Source of the DNA: an uncultured Clostridia bacterium
GTDB lineage: Bacteria; Bacillota; Clostridia; Oscillospirales; Oscillospiraceae
DNA length: 64,000 nucleotides
NCBI GenBank assembly: GCA_946617435.1
Contig: CAMOKD010000003.1
Span: 5,779 to 69,778 of the forward strand
Direction of reading: 5' to 3'
Part shown: piece by piece, positions 51,774 through 61,820 of the stretch
Position numbering within the stretch: the first letter of the stretch is position 1
How the letters are laid out: each line of letters opens with the position of its first letter
Notes under the pieces: model-generated
Seen by the model: the letters and a program-made list of their open reading frames with translations, nothing else
Database searches by the model: none
What the model was told of the DNA's origin: nothing
Translations under genes and position numbers: made by a program

Positions 51774-53368
51774 CGGTCCGGGATCTGGCCGTGCCCGTGC
51801 GGCACGATGCGTCCATGCTGCTGTATCTGGCGGCCCGGGCTTTGAAACTCCCTGCCTCAGAGATCTCTCAACTCAAAATCCGCAAGCGCTCTCTGGACGC
51901 CAGGAAGAAAGACCGGCTCCAGTACATCTACACCGTGGACGTCTCCACCCGCCACAGCGAAAACCGGGTGCTCAAGCAGTGCCGCAACCCCAAGGTCAGC
52001 CTGGCCAGTCCGGACTGGTACAAGCCCCCGAAGGCCGCCGCTCAGCCGGCGCACCGGCCCCTGGTGGTGGGCTTTGGCCCGGCGGGGATCTTTGCGGCCC
52101 TGGTGCTGGCCAAGGCCGGGCTCCGGCCCCTGGTGATTGAGCGGGGCCAACCGGTGGAGGACCGGCAGCGGGCGGTGGAGGCCTTCTTTGCCGGCGGCCC
52201 TCTGAATCCAGAATCCAACGTCCAGTTTGGAGAGGGGGGCGCAGGCACCTTCTCTGACGGCAAGCTGAACACCGGCACCAAGAACCCCCGCATCGCCTGG
52301 GTGCTGCAGCAGCTGGCCGCCCACGGCGCCCCGGAGGAGATCACCTACGACGCCAAGCCCCATGTGGGCACCGACGTGCTGCGCCATGTGGTGACGGGCC
52401 TGCGGCAGACAATCCTCTCCCTGGGGGGCGAAATCCGCTTTGAAACCCGGCTGATCGGCCTGGAGCAGTCCGGCGGCCGGCTCACCGGGGCGCGGCTGCT
52501 GGGGCCGGCAGGGGAGGAGACCGTCCCCTGCACCCAGCTGATCCTGGCCCCGGGGCACAGCGCCCGGGATACCTTCACCTGGCTGTATGAACAGGGCTTT
52601 GCCATGGAGGCCAAACCCTTCTCCATGGGGGTGCGGATCGAGCAGCCCCAGGCCATGGTGGACCTGGCCCAGTACGGGGCTGACCGGGAGACCCTGGGTC
52701 TGCCGCCGGCGGACTACAAGCTCTCGGTCCACCTGCCGGACGGCACCTCGGCCTACACCTTCTGTATGTGTCCGGGGGGCTACGTGGTGGCCGCCGCCTC
52801 CGAGAACGGGGGCGTGGTGACCAACGGCATGTCCAACCACGACCGGGCGGGGCAGAACGCCAACGCCGCCCTGCTGGTGACCCTGCTGCCCCAGGATTTC
52901 CCGGAGGACGACCCCCTTTCCGGCATGCGCTGGCAGCGCCGGCTGGAGCAGGCGGCCTTTGCCGCCGGGGGCGGGGACTACCGGGCCCCGGCCCAACGGG
53001 TAGGGGATTTTCTGGCCCGGCGGCCTACCCAGGCCCTGGGCAAGGTGCTGCCCAGCTACCGCCCCGGGGTGCAGCTTTGCGACCTGCACCAGGTGCTACC
53101 GCCCCGGATCACCGACGTGCTGGAGCGGGCCCTGCCGGAGCTGGGCAAGAAGCTCCGGGGCTTTGACGATCCCGACGGAGTCCTGACTGCCCCCGAAACC
53201 CGCTCCTCCTCTCCTGTGCGCCTGCTGCGGGGAGAGGATTGCCAGAGTCTCAGTCTGGCGGGGCTCTTCCCCTGCGGGGAGGGCGCAGGCTACGCGGGGG
53301 GCATTGTCTCCGCCGCGGTGGACGGCATCGTCTGCGCCGAGGCCCTGATTGCGTCCTTGGAGAGATAG
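51767..53368 (+). CDS. uncharacterised FAD-dependent dehydrogenase (COG2509-like)
   Basis: Start ATG 51767 overlapping the previous stop (ATGCTGA). VVGFGPAGIFAALVLAKAGLRPLVIERG, FGEGGAGTFSDGKLNT, C-terminal GEGAGYAGGIVSAAVDG. Confidence 0.82.
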   Translation: MLTVRDLAVPVRHDASMLLYLAARALKLPASEISQLKIRKRSLDARKKDRLQYIYTVDVSTRHSENRVLKQCRNPKVSLASPDWYKPPKAAAQPAHRPLVVGFGPAGIFAALVLAKAGLRPLVIERGQPVEDRQRAVEAFFAGGPLNPESNVQFGEGGAGTFSDGKLNTGTKNPRIAWVLQQLAAHGAPEEITYDAKPHVGTDVLRHVVTGLRQTILSLGGEIRFETRLIGLEQSGGRLTGARLLGPAGEETVPCTQLILAPGHSARDTFTWLYEQGFAMEAKPFSMGVRIEQPQAMVDLAQYGADRETLGLPPADYKLSVHLPDGTSAYTFCMCPGGYVVAAASENGGVVTNGMSNHDRAGQNANAALLVTLLPQDFPEDDPLSGMRWQRRLEQAAFAAGGGDYRAPAQRVGDFLARRPTQALGKVLPSYRPGVQLCDLHQVLPPRITDVLERALPELGKKLRGFDDPDGVLTAPETRSSSPVRLLRGEDCQSLSLAGLFPCGEGAGYAGGIVSAAVDGIVCAEALIASLER

Positions 53369-53470
53369 AAAGCCGTTGCATTTTCCACCGGAATATGCTA
53401 TGCTAATATGCGTCCCGCCGTCGGCAGACGGGGGTAACGAAAAACCAAAGGCAAAGGAGGGAGTACTGCC

Positions 53471-55150
53471 ATGCGAAAACTGCTGCTGACCATTGCGGTG
53501 GTGTTTCTGCTCGCCGGCACGGTGTATGCCGAGGGCACCTCGGTGAAGGATATGCAAACCGACGTCACCGTGGCCAGCGACGGCGCCTGCCAGGTGGTGC
53601 TCACCTGCCAGATGGCCTTCTCCGGGGAAGAGAGCTTCACCCTGCCCATTGCTTATGAGGCCAAAAATATCACCGTTTCCGGCGCGGAGTTTACCCGCCG
53701 GCGGGAAAACGGCACCACGCTGCTGACGCTCCAGGGCACCCAGAGCGGGGAAAAGCAGCTGGTGATCTCCTATCACCTGGCGGAGACCGTGGTGGACAAG
53801 GGCGACAGCCAGGACTTTGCCGTGACCCTGCTCTATCCCGCCTGGACCTGCCCCATTGAGCGCTACCACTTCACCGTCACCCTGCCTGCGGAGTTTGAGG
53901 GCTATCCCACGGTGCTCAGCGGCTACTACGGCGACCTGATTGACAACTACATGGAGTTCCAGATCCAGGACGGCGTCATCCACGCCGAGCTCAACCCCAA
54001 GCAGACGCTACAGGACCACGAGTCCATGACCCTGCAGCTCACCCTGCCGGAGAGCTACTTTGACCTGCGCTTCCTGGCGGGCAAGACCACCCAGGTGGAC
54101 AACATGGTCATGCTGATGATGCTGGGTCTGTGCGTGGTGTACTGGGTCATCTTTATCCGGGGCCCGCTGGTAATTCCCAAGCGCCAGGCCATGCCCCCGG
54201 TGGGGGGCAACGCCGGAGACATCCCCTATGTGCTCACCGGCGGAAAGGCGGACCTGGCCCTGATGGTGATCCAATGGGCCACCCTGGGGTATCTCAGCAT
54301 CCACCGGGTCAGAAAAAAAGGGCTCTATCTCCAGCGGGAGATCGACATGGGCAATGAGTGCAAGCCCCACGAGATTGCCATCTTCAAAACCCTGTTCCGC
54401 CGGGGGGACCACTGCGACGTGCGCAGTGCGGAGTACGTCCAGGCCCGGCAGGACGCCGCCTCCCGCACCAAGGACCAGCTGGAGGAGAAGATTTTTTCAC
54501 CCCACGGCGCCAGTGTGGGCCTGCTCCATCTGGGCGGCGTGCTGGCGGGGCTGAGCCTGTGCCTGGGCATGCTGGATCTTTACGTGGCGCCCCAGAGCTG
54601 GCGCTGGTTTGTCATTGTGCCCCTGACCCTTCTGGGGGCCCTGGCCAGCTTCCTGGTCCAGCGGCTGGGGGGCTGCACCCTGCGCCGGCACACCCTGCGG
54701 GCTATGGTACTGGGCCTTTTGGGGGCGGTGTACCTGGTGGTGCTGGGGCGGCTGTCCGGCAGCGGCAGACTGACGGCCCTGAATCTGGCGGCCCAGCTGG
54801 CCATCGGCCTGGCCACCCGGCTGGGGGGCAAGCGCAGCCGGCCGGGCACGGCCCAGGCCCAGGAGCTGCTGGGCTTCCGCCGGTATCTGCTCGCCACGCC
54901 GTCGGAGCATTTCCGCGCCCTGCTTGCAGCGGACGGCCAGTATTTCTACCGGATCCTGCCCTACGCCGACGCCCTGCGGGTGGCCAAGCTCTTTGTGGGC
55001 GCCTTTGACCGCCAGCGGGTGGAGCCCTGTGACTGGCTGGCCTGGGAGGGCAAAACCCCAAAAACCGTGGCGGGCTTTTATGCCCTGTATCTGCGCCTGA
55101 CGGCCCTGCTCCGCGGGGAGCGGCCGCCCCGGGCAAGGAGAAGACGGTAA
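53471..55150 (+). CDS. DUF2207-like membrane protein
   Basis: 559 aa. Signal peptide, about 200-aa extracytoplasmic domain, then several TM helices and an Arg-rich tail. The architecture fits DUF2207. GGAGGGAG RBS. Confidence 0.65.
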   Translation: MRKLLLTIAVVFLLAGTVYAEGTSVKDMQTDVTVASDGACQVVLTCQMAFSGEESFTLPIAYEAKNITVSGAEFTRRRENGTTLLTLQGTQSGEKQLVISYHLAETVVDKGDSQDFAVTLLYPAWTCPIERYHFTVTLPAEFEGYPTVLSGYYGDLIDNYMEFQIQDGVIHAELNPKQTLQDHESMTLQLTLPESYFDLRFLAGKTTQVDNMVMLMMLGLCVVYWVIFIRGPLVIPKRQAMPPVGGNAGDIPYVLTGGKADLALMVIQWATLGYLSIHRVRKKGLYLQREIDMGNECKPHEIAIFKTLFRRGDHCDVRSAEYVQARQDAASRTKDQLEEKIFSPHGASVGLLHLGGVLAGLSLCLGMLDLYVAPQSWRWFVIVPLTLLGALASFLVQRLGGCTLRRHTLRAMVLGLLGAVYLVVLGRLSGSGRLTALNLAAQLAIGLATRLGGKRSRPGTAQAQELLGFRRYLLATPSEHFRALLAADGQYFYRILPYADALRVAKLFVGAFDRQRVEPCDWLAWEGKTPKTVAGFYALYLRLTALLRGERPPRARRRR

Positions 55151-55204
55151 CAACAAAAAAACAACCCGGGCGCTGCCCGGGTTTGCCATTGTCGGAGGTA
55201 AAGG

Positions 55205-56341
55205 ATGTACGACGTTGTTCTCTCCCCCTGCCCGGATTACCGGCAGGAGCACTGTCTGGCGGCCCTGGAGGCGGCGCTGACTCCCATCGGCGGGCTGGAC
55301 TGGGTCAAGCCCGGGATGCGGGTGGGCATCAAGGCCAACCTGGTGGCCGCCATGAAGCCGGAAACCGCCGTTACCACCCATCCGGCCCTGCTGGGGGCCC
55401 TGTCCCAGCTGCTGCGGCAGCGGGGGGCGGTGCCGGTGATCGGCGACAGCCCCGGCAACCTGTTCAACGGCCCCGTGCTGCACCGGGTGTATCACACCGC
55501 CGGCCTCACCGAGCTGGACGCGGAGCTCAACGAGAATTTTGACACCCTGGAGTGTGAATTCCCCCAGGCCGCGGTGTGCAAAACCTTCACCGCCACCGCC
55601 TGGCTGAAGGACTGCGACGGCATTATCAACTTCTGCAAGCTCAAGTCCCACGGCATGATGGGCCTGTCCGGGGCGGCCAAAAACCTCTTTGGCACCATTC
55701 CCGGCACCATGAAGCCGGAGTACCACTTCCGCTTTCCCGACGCCATGGACTTTGGCCGGATGATCGTGGATCTGGACGAGTACTGGAAGCCCCAGCTCCA
55801 CCTGGTGGACGCGGTGGTGGCCATGGAGGGCAACGGCCCCACTGCCGGCACCCCCCGGCCCGTGGGCTGCGTGCTGGCGGGGCGGAATCCCCACAGCCTG
55901 GACCTGCTGCTGGCCAGACTCATCGGCCTGCCTCCGGCGGAGATCCCCACCCTGGCTGCTGCCCTGGAGCGAAACCTCTGTCCCGGGGCGGCGGAGGAGC
56001 TGTCCATCCTGGGCCCCTGGCAGGATTTTGTCCAGCCCGGGTTTGAAACCGTGGCCCAGCGCAGCGGGCTGCAGTTTCAGAATGTGGCCCGGGGCAGGGC
56101 AGGGGCCCTGTTCAGCAGCTTTCTCCAGCGCAGCATTGCCCCCCGGCCCCAGGTGGAGGCGGCGGCGTGCATCGGCTGCGCCAAGTGCGCGGGCATCTGC
56201 CCGGCCAAGGCAATCACCATGCGGCGCAAGCTGCCGCAGATTGACCGCTCCGCCTGTATCCGCTGCTTCTGCTGCCAGGAATTCTGCCCCAAGGGGGCCA
56301 TGAAGGTCAAACGCCCGCCCCTTGCCAGGCTGCTCACATAA
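55205..56341 (+). CDS. DUF362 domain protein with C-terminal 2x[4Fe-4S] ferredoxin motif
   Basis: 378 aa. GMRVGIKANLV and KLKSHGMMGLSGAAKNLFG are DUF362-like. C-terminal CIGCAKCAGICP and CIRCFCCQEFCP. Confidence 0.78.
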   Translation: MYDVVLSPCPDYRQEHCLAALEAALTPIGGLDWVKPGMRVGIKANLVAAMKPETAVTTHPALLGALSQLLRQRGAVPVIGDSPGNLFNGPVLHRVYHTAGLTELDAELNENFDTLECEFPQAAVCKTFTATAWLKDCDGIINFCKLKSHGMMGLSGAAKNLFGTIPGTMKPEYHFRFPDAMDFGRMIVDLDEYWKPQLHLVDAVVAMEGNGPTAGTPRPVGCVLAGRNPHSLDLLLARLIGLPPAEIPTLAAALERNLCPGAAEELSILGPWQDFVQPGFETVAQRSGLQFQNVARGRAGALFSSFLQRSIAPRPQVEAAACIGCAKCAGICPAKAITMRRKLPQIDRSACIRCFCCQEFCPKGAMKVKRPPLARLLT

Positions 56342-56345
56342 GTCC

Positions 56346-56394
56346 GCCGGGGCGCGCCGCATCGTACAAACCTGCGGCGCGCCCCCGGCTTTTT
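56346..56394 (+). terminator. rho-independent terminator
   Basis: 16-bp GC stem gccggggcgcgccgca/tgcggcgcgcccc(c)ggc, then TTTTT. Confidence 0.75.
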
Positions 56395-56430
56395 GCGGTT
56401 TTCGGCAGGCCTGGCCGGCATCGGGGGCGG

Positions 56431-56796
56431 TCAGGCTGCAGTTTGGCCCTCCGGCCTGCGCAGCAGCTCTGCCAGCCCGGCTGCCAGCAGCAACAGGCCA
56501 AAGCCCTTTTCCAGCACCGGCCCGCCCACAAACCGGCCCAGCCACAGCCCCAGGCCCCCGGCAGCCATCCCCGCCAGGGCGCCGGGCACCGCCACGTCCC
56601 AGCGTACCAGCCGGCCCCGGCTGTGCAGGGCCAGCCCTGCCCCGGCGGAGGGCAGGAAGAACAGCAGATTGACAAACCGGGCTGTCTCTGCCGCCAGCCC
56701 CGCCGGTCCAGTGAGCCACAGCATAAGCAGGCTCCCGCCGCCCACGCCCATGGCGGAGAGCAGCCCGCAGCCCAGAGCGATGAAAAACCCGCTCAT
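56431..56796 (-). CDS. half-size TauE/SafE-family anion exporter subunit (C-terminal-half type)
   Basis: 121 aa, 4 predicted TM helices (MSGFFIALGCGLLSAMGVGGGSLLML..). ATGA overlap with the upstream half-gene. Confidence 0.7.
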   Translation of the reverse strand: MSGFFIALGCGLLSAMGVGGGSLLMLWLTGPAGLAAETARFVNLLFFLPSAGAGLALHSRGRLVRWDVAVPGALAGMAAGGLGLWLGRFVGGPVLEKGFGLLLLAAGLAELLRRPEGQTAA

Positions 56797-57161
56797 CCCA
56801 GCAGCCTCCTGATCCCGGCCCAGAGCAGCAGTACTGCAAAGCCTCTGCGCAGCCAGACCAGGGGGATCCTGCGGTACAGCAGCCCTCCGGCAGCGCCGCC
56901 CAGGGCCCCGCCCAGCAGGACGGGCAGCATTCCCCCGGGCAGTCGGGCCCCGCCCCAAAAGGCGGCCAGGGCCGTGACGGCACAGACCGGCAGCATCACC
57001 GCCAGCCCCGTGGCATACCGCTCTCTGCCCTGGAGGGCGGCCCCCAGCAGCGGCAGCAGCACCATGCCGCCCCCTGCCCCCAGCAGCCCGCTTACCAGGC
57101 CCGCAGCTGCCCCTGCCAGGGCCCCGCGGCAGCCGGGCTGGAGGCTTTGCACCTTTTCCAT
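56793..57161 (-). CDS. half-size TauE/SafE-family anion exporter subunit (N-terminal-half type)
   Basis: 122 aa from MEKVQSL (GGGAGGG RBS). AGLVSGLLGAGGGMVLLPLL is the TauE glycine motif. 4 TM helices. Confidence 0.7.
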   Translation of the reverse strand: MEKVQSLQPGCRGALAGAAAGLVSGLLGAGGGMVLLPLLGAALQGRERYATGLAVMLPVCAVTALAAFWGGARLPGGMLPVLLGGALGGAAGGLLYRRIPLVWLRRGFAVLLLWAGIRRLLG

Positions 57162-57177
57162 TTGCAGCCCTCCCGTC

Positions 57178-57210
57178 AAAAAAAGCTCTCCGGACAGTGT
57201 GTCCGGAGAG
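57178..57210 (-). terminator. rho-independent terminator
   Basis: 11-bp stem gctctccggac/gtccggagagc, followed on the minus strand by TTTTTT. Confidence 0.8.
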
Positions 57211-57237
57211 CCGTTGTTTTATACGGTTTTGCGATTT

Positions 57238-58743
57238 TTACTGGGCAGTGGTGTTGGAGTAGAAGGTCAGGTTGGTGTTGGCGTGGGCGAGCAGCTCCTC
57301 GTCCAGGGTAATGGTGTTCACCGCGCTGGCCTCATTGAACCAGGCCTCCTGGGCCTTGGACTCCAGGGCACTCTCCACCAGGCTGTACTGATAGGTGGTC
57401 TCCTCCATGTGGTCAAAGCGGACGATGTAGTAGTAGTTCGCGTCCTCAAAGCGCTGGATGTCGCCCTCCTTGCGGGCGGTGTCGTACAGGAAGTCCTGCA
57501 GACCCTCTACCGCGGTGTAGGACTGGCGGCTCACGGCAGAGGCGGTGGAGTTGTAGCTGTTGGCCTCCAGCAGGGCAGCGTAGTCCTCGGTGCTCATGCC
57601 GCCCTTCAGGGCCTCGTCAAACACAGCCAGCTTGTCCTCGGGGGTGGGGGTGCCTTCCTCAGCGTTCTCGTCCACAGCCTTGGAGATGGAGGTGACAAAG
57701 GCCATAGCCCGCTGGTAGTCGTTGGTATCCCGGCCGTCAAACCGGACCACGATGTACTTCACGCCCTCATCATCGGGGAAGAGCTCGGTGTCGCCCGCCT
57801 TGCGGCCGGCATCGAACAGCCACTCCACGGCGGCCTCGTTCAGGGTGCCCACGGCGTTGGCCTTGTTGTAGGTGGCGGAGCTCACGCCCTCGGGCAGGGT
57901 CTCAGCCTTGGGCAGCTCGGCGGCCAGGGCCTCGGCCTCGGCCTGGTTGGCCTGCTTGGCCTCGTCGGTGTAGGTGGTGTTGCCGTCGTCGTCGGTGTCC
58001 CCCTCGGCGGAGAAGGCCTTGTAGGAATAGCTCACCAGGTCGTAGTCGTCGGGGTTCTCGGCGTACTCAGCGGCAACCTCTTCGGCAGTGGGCTTGAAGG
58101 TCTCGTTCATCTGGTTTACATAACCGCTGTAGGTCTGGATGATCTCCAGGTAGTGACGGTAGCTGTCCAGATCGCAGCCGGAGCCGAACCGGGCGTTCAT
58201 ATACTGCTTCAGGTCGGCACCGTAGCTCTCGGCCTCGGTTTTCAGGTTGTCCACAGCGGTGTCGATGGCGGTCTTGTCGTCGTCGGTCAGGGTGTAGCCG
58301 GCCTTGACTGCGGCGTCGTAGATGTTGAGCACCTGCTCCACAGAGGTGTTGGTGTTCTCTTTGAAGAAATCCTCCCAGGTCTGATCCTCACCGTACTGCT
58401 GCTCCGCCAGGGGCACGTTGGCCTGGATCATGCCGAACTGCATATACATCTGGGCGTAGTTGGAGGCAGTGGCGTTGTAGAAGTAATCGTACTCCGGCAC
58501 GGTGATGGAGCGCTCGCCCACCGTGGCCACAGGGGCCTTGACGTCGTAGTCGGGGGCGTACTTCTTTGCGCGGATGGCAAAGGCCAGGCCCACAATGGCC
58601 GCCACAGCCAGAACTGCCACGCAGATAAACAGCAGATTATTGCGCTTTTGTGCCTGCTTGGTCTTCTGTGCTTCCTGGAATTTCGGGGACAGGCCGCCCT
58701 GATCCAGTTCCTTGCGCTTTTTCTTAGACGCAGATGCACTCAT
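57238..58743 (-). CDS. membrane-anchored extracytoplasmic protein, SurA-N-terminal/chaperone-like (function uncertain)
   Basis: 501 aa from MSASASKKKRKE. Lys-rich cytoplasmic tail, one TM (LLFICVAVLAVAAIVGLAFAI), and a large acidic helical ectodomain. I could not see a rotamase motif. Confidence 0.55.
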   Translation of the reverse strand: MSASASKKKRKELDQGGLSPKFQEAQKTKQAQKRNNLLFICVAVLAVAAIVGLAFAIRAKKYAPDYDVKAPVATVGERSITVPEYDYFYNATASNYAQMYMQFGMIQANVPLAEQQYGEDQTWEDFFKENTNTSVEQVLNIYDAAVKAGYTLTDDDKTAIDTAVDNLKTEAESYGADLKQYMNARFGSGCDLDSYRHYLEIIQTYSGYVNQMNETFKPTAEEVAAEYAENPDDYDLVSYSYKAFSAEGDTDDDGNTTYTDEAKQANQAEAEALAAELPKAETLPEGVSSATYNKANAVGTLNEAAVEWLFDAGRKAGDTELFPDDEGVKYIVVRFDGRDTNDYQRAMAFVTSISKAVDENAEEGTPTPEDKLAVFDEALKGGMSTEDYAALLEANSYNSTASAVSRQSYTAVEGLQDFLYDTARKEGDIQRFEDANYYYIVRFDHMEETTYQYSLVESALESKAQEAWFNEASAVNTITLDEELLAHANTNLTFYSNTTAQ

Positions 58744-58805
58744 GGTTTCATCCATCCTCTCAAATTGTGTGCTTCTGTACAGTGCCCTGTAATCAGATAG
58801 CATAC

Positions 58806-58834
58806 ATTATAACGCCAATCCCGGTGACTTGCAA
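58806..58834 (-). promoter_or_regulatory. sigma-A promoter
   Basis: Minus strand: TTGCAA, 17 nt, TATAAT. Confidence 0.65.
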
Positions 58835-58847
58835 GTGGAAAAAGCGC

Positions 58848-58883
58848 AAAAAAAGCGGTTTTTCTGAAAAAACAGAAAAACCG
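58848..58883 (-). terminator. rho-independent terminator ending the DUF1292 transcript or an unannotated RNA
   Basis: 11-bp stem cggtttttctg/cagaaaaaccg, followed on the minus strand by TTTTTTT. Confidence 0.7.
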
Positions 58884-59136
58884 TCCGCCGCCGCACCGCC
58901 CTTTGCAGGAATTTTGGGTAAAGAAAACCCCGCTGTGGCCGTGTGTACCCGTTTATAACCTGCACGAAAAAGGGCAGGTGGGTTGCCTCTCCGCGGCTTC
59001 GCTGTTCCCAACGTCCACCCACGGTCGCGGCCGGGGCGGGAGGTCTACAATCCAACACGGAAGTATCAGGCATCCCTGAGATATGATGTGGGTTTAAAGG
59101 GGTACATCACGCACCAAGCAGGGTGTTCAAATGAAG

Positions 59137-59427
59137 TTATTCGGCGTCCTCGTCCTCTTCGGGCTCCTCCTCGTACTCGTCCAGCAGCAGCTCGTACACC
59201 GCGGCCAGCTCGTCCTCGTCGGTGACTGCAAGGAGCATTTCCTCACCGTCTTCCTCGGAGACCTTCAGGACGCTGACCTCCAGCTCGACCTCTTCCTCCT
59301 GGCCGGCGGGGCAGACCCCCAGATAGGTGGCGCCGCAGTACTCCACAGAGGCCAGGACCTCCAGCTCGTATTCCACGCCGTCTTCGTCGGTGATGGTGAT
59401 GAAGTCGTCGCCGTAGAGATTGCTCAT
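59137..59427 (-). CDS. DUF1292 family protein
   Basis: 96 aa, highly acidic. ITITDEDGVEYELEVL..GATY and LLAVTDEDEL are DUF1292-like. Confidence 0.8.
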   Translation of the reverse strand: MSNLYGDDFITITDEDGVEYELEVLASVEYCGATYLGVCPAGQEEEVELEVSVLKVSEEDGEEMLLAVTDEDELAAVYELLLDEYEEEPEEDEDAE

Positions 59428-59673
59428 CGAAAAATCCTCCGCAAACGGGATGCCGGACCGGCTCCCGGGATGCTTCTATTTTACCCGGTTCGGGCCGGAA
59501 AATCAAGAGGCATCCTGCCGATTGGTGCTTGGCAATTTTCGTAAAATTACAGGGCAGTTTTTGTGCAAGCTCACAAAAAATAAAAAATCGGGGCTAGGAA
59601 TTTCCCTTTTGATGGTATATAATAGATGATGCAAACCAAGCCCGTCTTGTGAGACGGGCGGATCGGAGGGCCT

Positions 59674-60342
59674 ATGAACAACCAAAGCAACGGGAAAAAG
59701 ACCAAAAAGAAGGCCGACGAGCCCGGCGGCCTGGCAGGGTCTGTCTATATTATATATCACGATCTGGTGTATATCCTTGGCGCGGTGATCGTGCTGTTCG
59801 TGCTCTGCGTCCGGCTGGTGGGAGTTTCCGGCAGCTCCATGTATCCCACCCTGGTGGGTGACGAGGAATTTGCCGCCACCAAGGGCGACTATCTGGCCCT
59901 GCAGAGCAATGTGCTGTGCGCCGGCTACCGGGCAGGGGACATCGTTGTGGCCTGCGTGCCCGAGTTTGAAGAGGGCAAGCCCATTGTCAAGCGCGTGGTG
60001 GCCGTGGGCGGCCAGACCGTGGAGCTGAAGGCCGACGCCGACGGCGCCACCCTGCGCCTTTGGATCGACGGCCAGCCCATGGACGAGCCCTATATCCGCG
60101 AGCCCATGCGGGCCAACGCCATCACCTACAGCGGCTTCAAGCTGGAGATCCCCATGGGCTGCTATTTCCTCATGGGGGACAACCGCAACAACTCCACCGA
60201 CAGCCGTGACCCCCGTATCGGCGCCGTGCAGGACCGGTATATCGTGGGCCGGGCCCTGATGGTGCTGCTGCCCGGGCAGGACTGGGACAACTTCGGCCAG
60301 CGCAGCTGGTCCAGATTCGGAGCGATCAAATCCAATGGCTGA
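59674..60342 (+). CDS. lepB: signal peptidase I
   Basis: 222 aa. TM anchor, catalytic SGSSMYPTL, KRVVAVGGQTV, GDNRNNSTDSR. Confidence 0.92.
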   Translation: MNNQSNGKKTKKKADEPGGLAGSVYIIYHDLVYILGAVIVLFVLCVRLVGVSGSSMYPTLVGDEEFAATKGDYLALQSNVLCAGYRAGDIVVACVPEFEEGKPIVKRVVAVGGQTVELKADADGATLRLWIDGQPMDEPYIREPMRANAITYSGFKLEIPMGCYFLMGDNRNNSTDSRDPRIGAVQDRYIVGRALMVLLPGQDWDNFGQRSWSRFGAIKSNG

Positions 60343-61231
60343 GGAACTGAACATTCAATGGTACCCCGGGCATATGACCAAAACCCGGCGGATGATGGAG
60401 ACCGACCTGAAGCTGGTGGACGCGGTGTGCGAAATTGTAGACGCCCGCATCCCGGTCTCCTCCCGTAATCCGGATATTGCCGCCCTGTGCGGCAGCAAGC
60501 CCCGGATGATCATTTTAAACCGCATCGACATGGCCGACCCTGCCCAGACCAAGGCCTGGGCTGCCGCCTTCCGCAGGCAGGGCTTTGCTGTGATCCAGAC
60601 CGACTGCAAATCCCGCAAGGGGATCTCCGACTTCGGCCCGGCCCTGCGCAGCCTGCTGGCGGAAAAGCTCCGGCGCTACGCCAGCCGTGGCATGGCGGGC
60701 AAGCCCCTGAAGGTGATGATCGTGGGCATTCCCAACGTGGGCAAGTCCACCTTTATCAACCAGGTGGCCGGCCGCAAGGGCGCCAAGACGGAAAACCGCC
60801 CCGGCGTCACCCGGGGCAAGCAGTGGGTCACCATCGACCAGGGCCTGCTGCTTCTGGACACCCCGGGCATCCTCTGGCCCAAGTTTGACGACCCCGAGGT
60901 GGGCCTGCGCCTGGCCTATACCGGGGCGGTAAAGGACGATATTTTGGACATCGAAACCCTGGCCATGCGGCTGATGGAGCTGCTCTGGCAGCGCTATCCC
61001 CAGGCCATCCGGGACCGCTATAAGATTGACCCTCAGCCGGATACCGACGGCTGGGAGCTGCTCCGGCTGGCGGGCAAAAGGCGGGGCTTTTTGCTCTCCG
61101 GCGGAGAGATTGACACCGAGCGTATGGCCCGGGTTTTGTTGGAGGAGTACCGCAGTGTCAAGCTGGGCCGCTTCACCCTGGAAACCCCGGCCGCAGAAGG
61201 GGAGAGCACGGATGCACCAGCTGACCTATGA
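60335..61231 (+). CDS. rbgA: ribosome biogenesis GTPase A (YlqF/RbgA)
   Basis: [13 protein letters not shown], circularly permuted GTPase motifs NRID and [13 protein letters not shown]. 8-nt overlap with lepB. Confidence 0.92.
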   Translation: MAEELNIQWYPGHMTKTRRMMETDLKLVDAVCEIVDARIPVSSRNPDIAALCGSKPRMIILNRIDMADPAQTKAWAAAFRRQGFAVIQTDCKSRKGISDFGPALRSLLAEKLRRYASRGMAGKPLKVMIVGIPNVGKSTFINQVAGRKGAKTENRPGVTRGKQWVTIDQGLLLLDTPGILWPKFDDPEVGLRLAYTGAVKDDILDIETLAMRLMELLWQRYPQAIRDRYKIDPQPDTDGWELLRLAGKRRGFLLSGGEIDTERMARVLLEEYRSVKLGRFTLETPAAEGESTDAPADL

Positions 61232-61820
61232 ATACGAAGACCTGGCCCGGACCCAGGGTTACGCCCTGGTCTGCGGGGTGGACGAGGCCGGCCGGGGCCC
61301 TCTGGCGGGGCCTGTGTGCGCCGGGGCCTGCATCCTGCCCCCGGGGCTGGAGCTGCCGGGGCTGGACGACTCCAAAAAGCTCTCCCCCAAGCGGCGGGAG
61401 GCGCTGTATGACCTGATCACCCGGCAGGCCCTGGCCTGGGCGGTGTGCATGGTGGACGAGCGCACCATTGACGAAATCAACATTCTCCAGGCCACCTTCC
61501 GGGCCATGCGGGGGGCCGTGGCGGCCCTGTCCGCCGCCCCGGACTACTGCCTGGTGGATGGCAACCGGGACCCCGGCCTGGGCTTGCCCACCCGCACGGT
61601 GGTCAAGGGGGACGCCACCTGTCCCTCCATCGCCGCGGCCTCCATCCTGGCCAAGGTGACCCGGGACCGGTACATGCTCACCCTGGATGCCCAATATCCC
61701 CAATACGGCTTTGCCGCCCACAAGGGCTATGGCACCAAGGCCCACTATGCAGCCCTGGCCCAATACGGCCCCAGCCCTGTCCACCGGAGGAGCTTTCTGC
61801 ACCCGGAGGGGGACCGATGA
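61212..61820 (+). CDS. rnhB: ribonuclease HII
   Basis: Start MHQLTYEYE. Catalytic [33 protein letters not shown]. Confidence 0.92.
   Translation: MHQLTYEYEDLARTQGYALVCGVDEAGRGPLAGPVCAGACILPPGLELPGLDDSKKLSPKRREALYDLITRQALAWAVCMVDERTIDEINILQATFRAMRGAVAALSAAPDYCLVDGNRDPGLGLPTRTVVKGDATCPSIAAASILAKVTRDRYMLTLDAQYPQYGFAAHKGYGTKAHYAALAQYGPSPVHRRSFLHPEGDR

Noticed and set aside
54497-58800. 828-aa minus ORF (54497-56983) and 785-aa plus ORF (56443-58800)
   Set aside because: Both overlap several motif-supported genes on the opposite strand (DUF2207, DUF362, TauE halves, the SurA-like gene). Their translations are Pro/Gly/Ala/Arg-rich nonsense.
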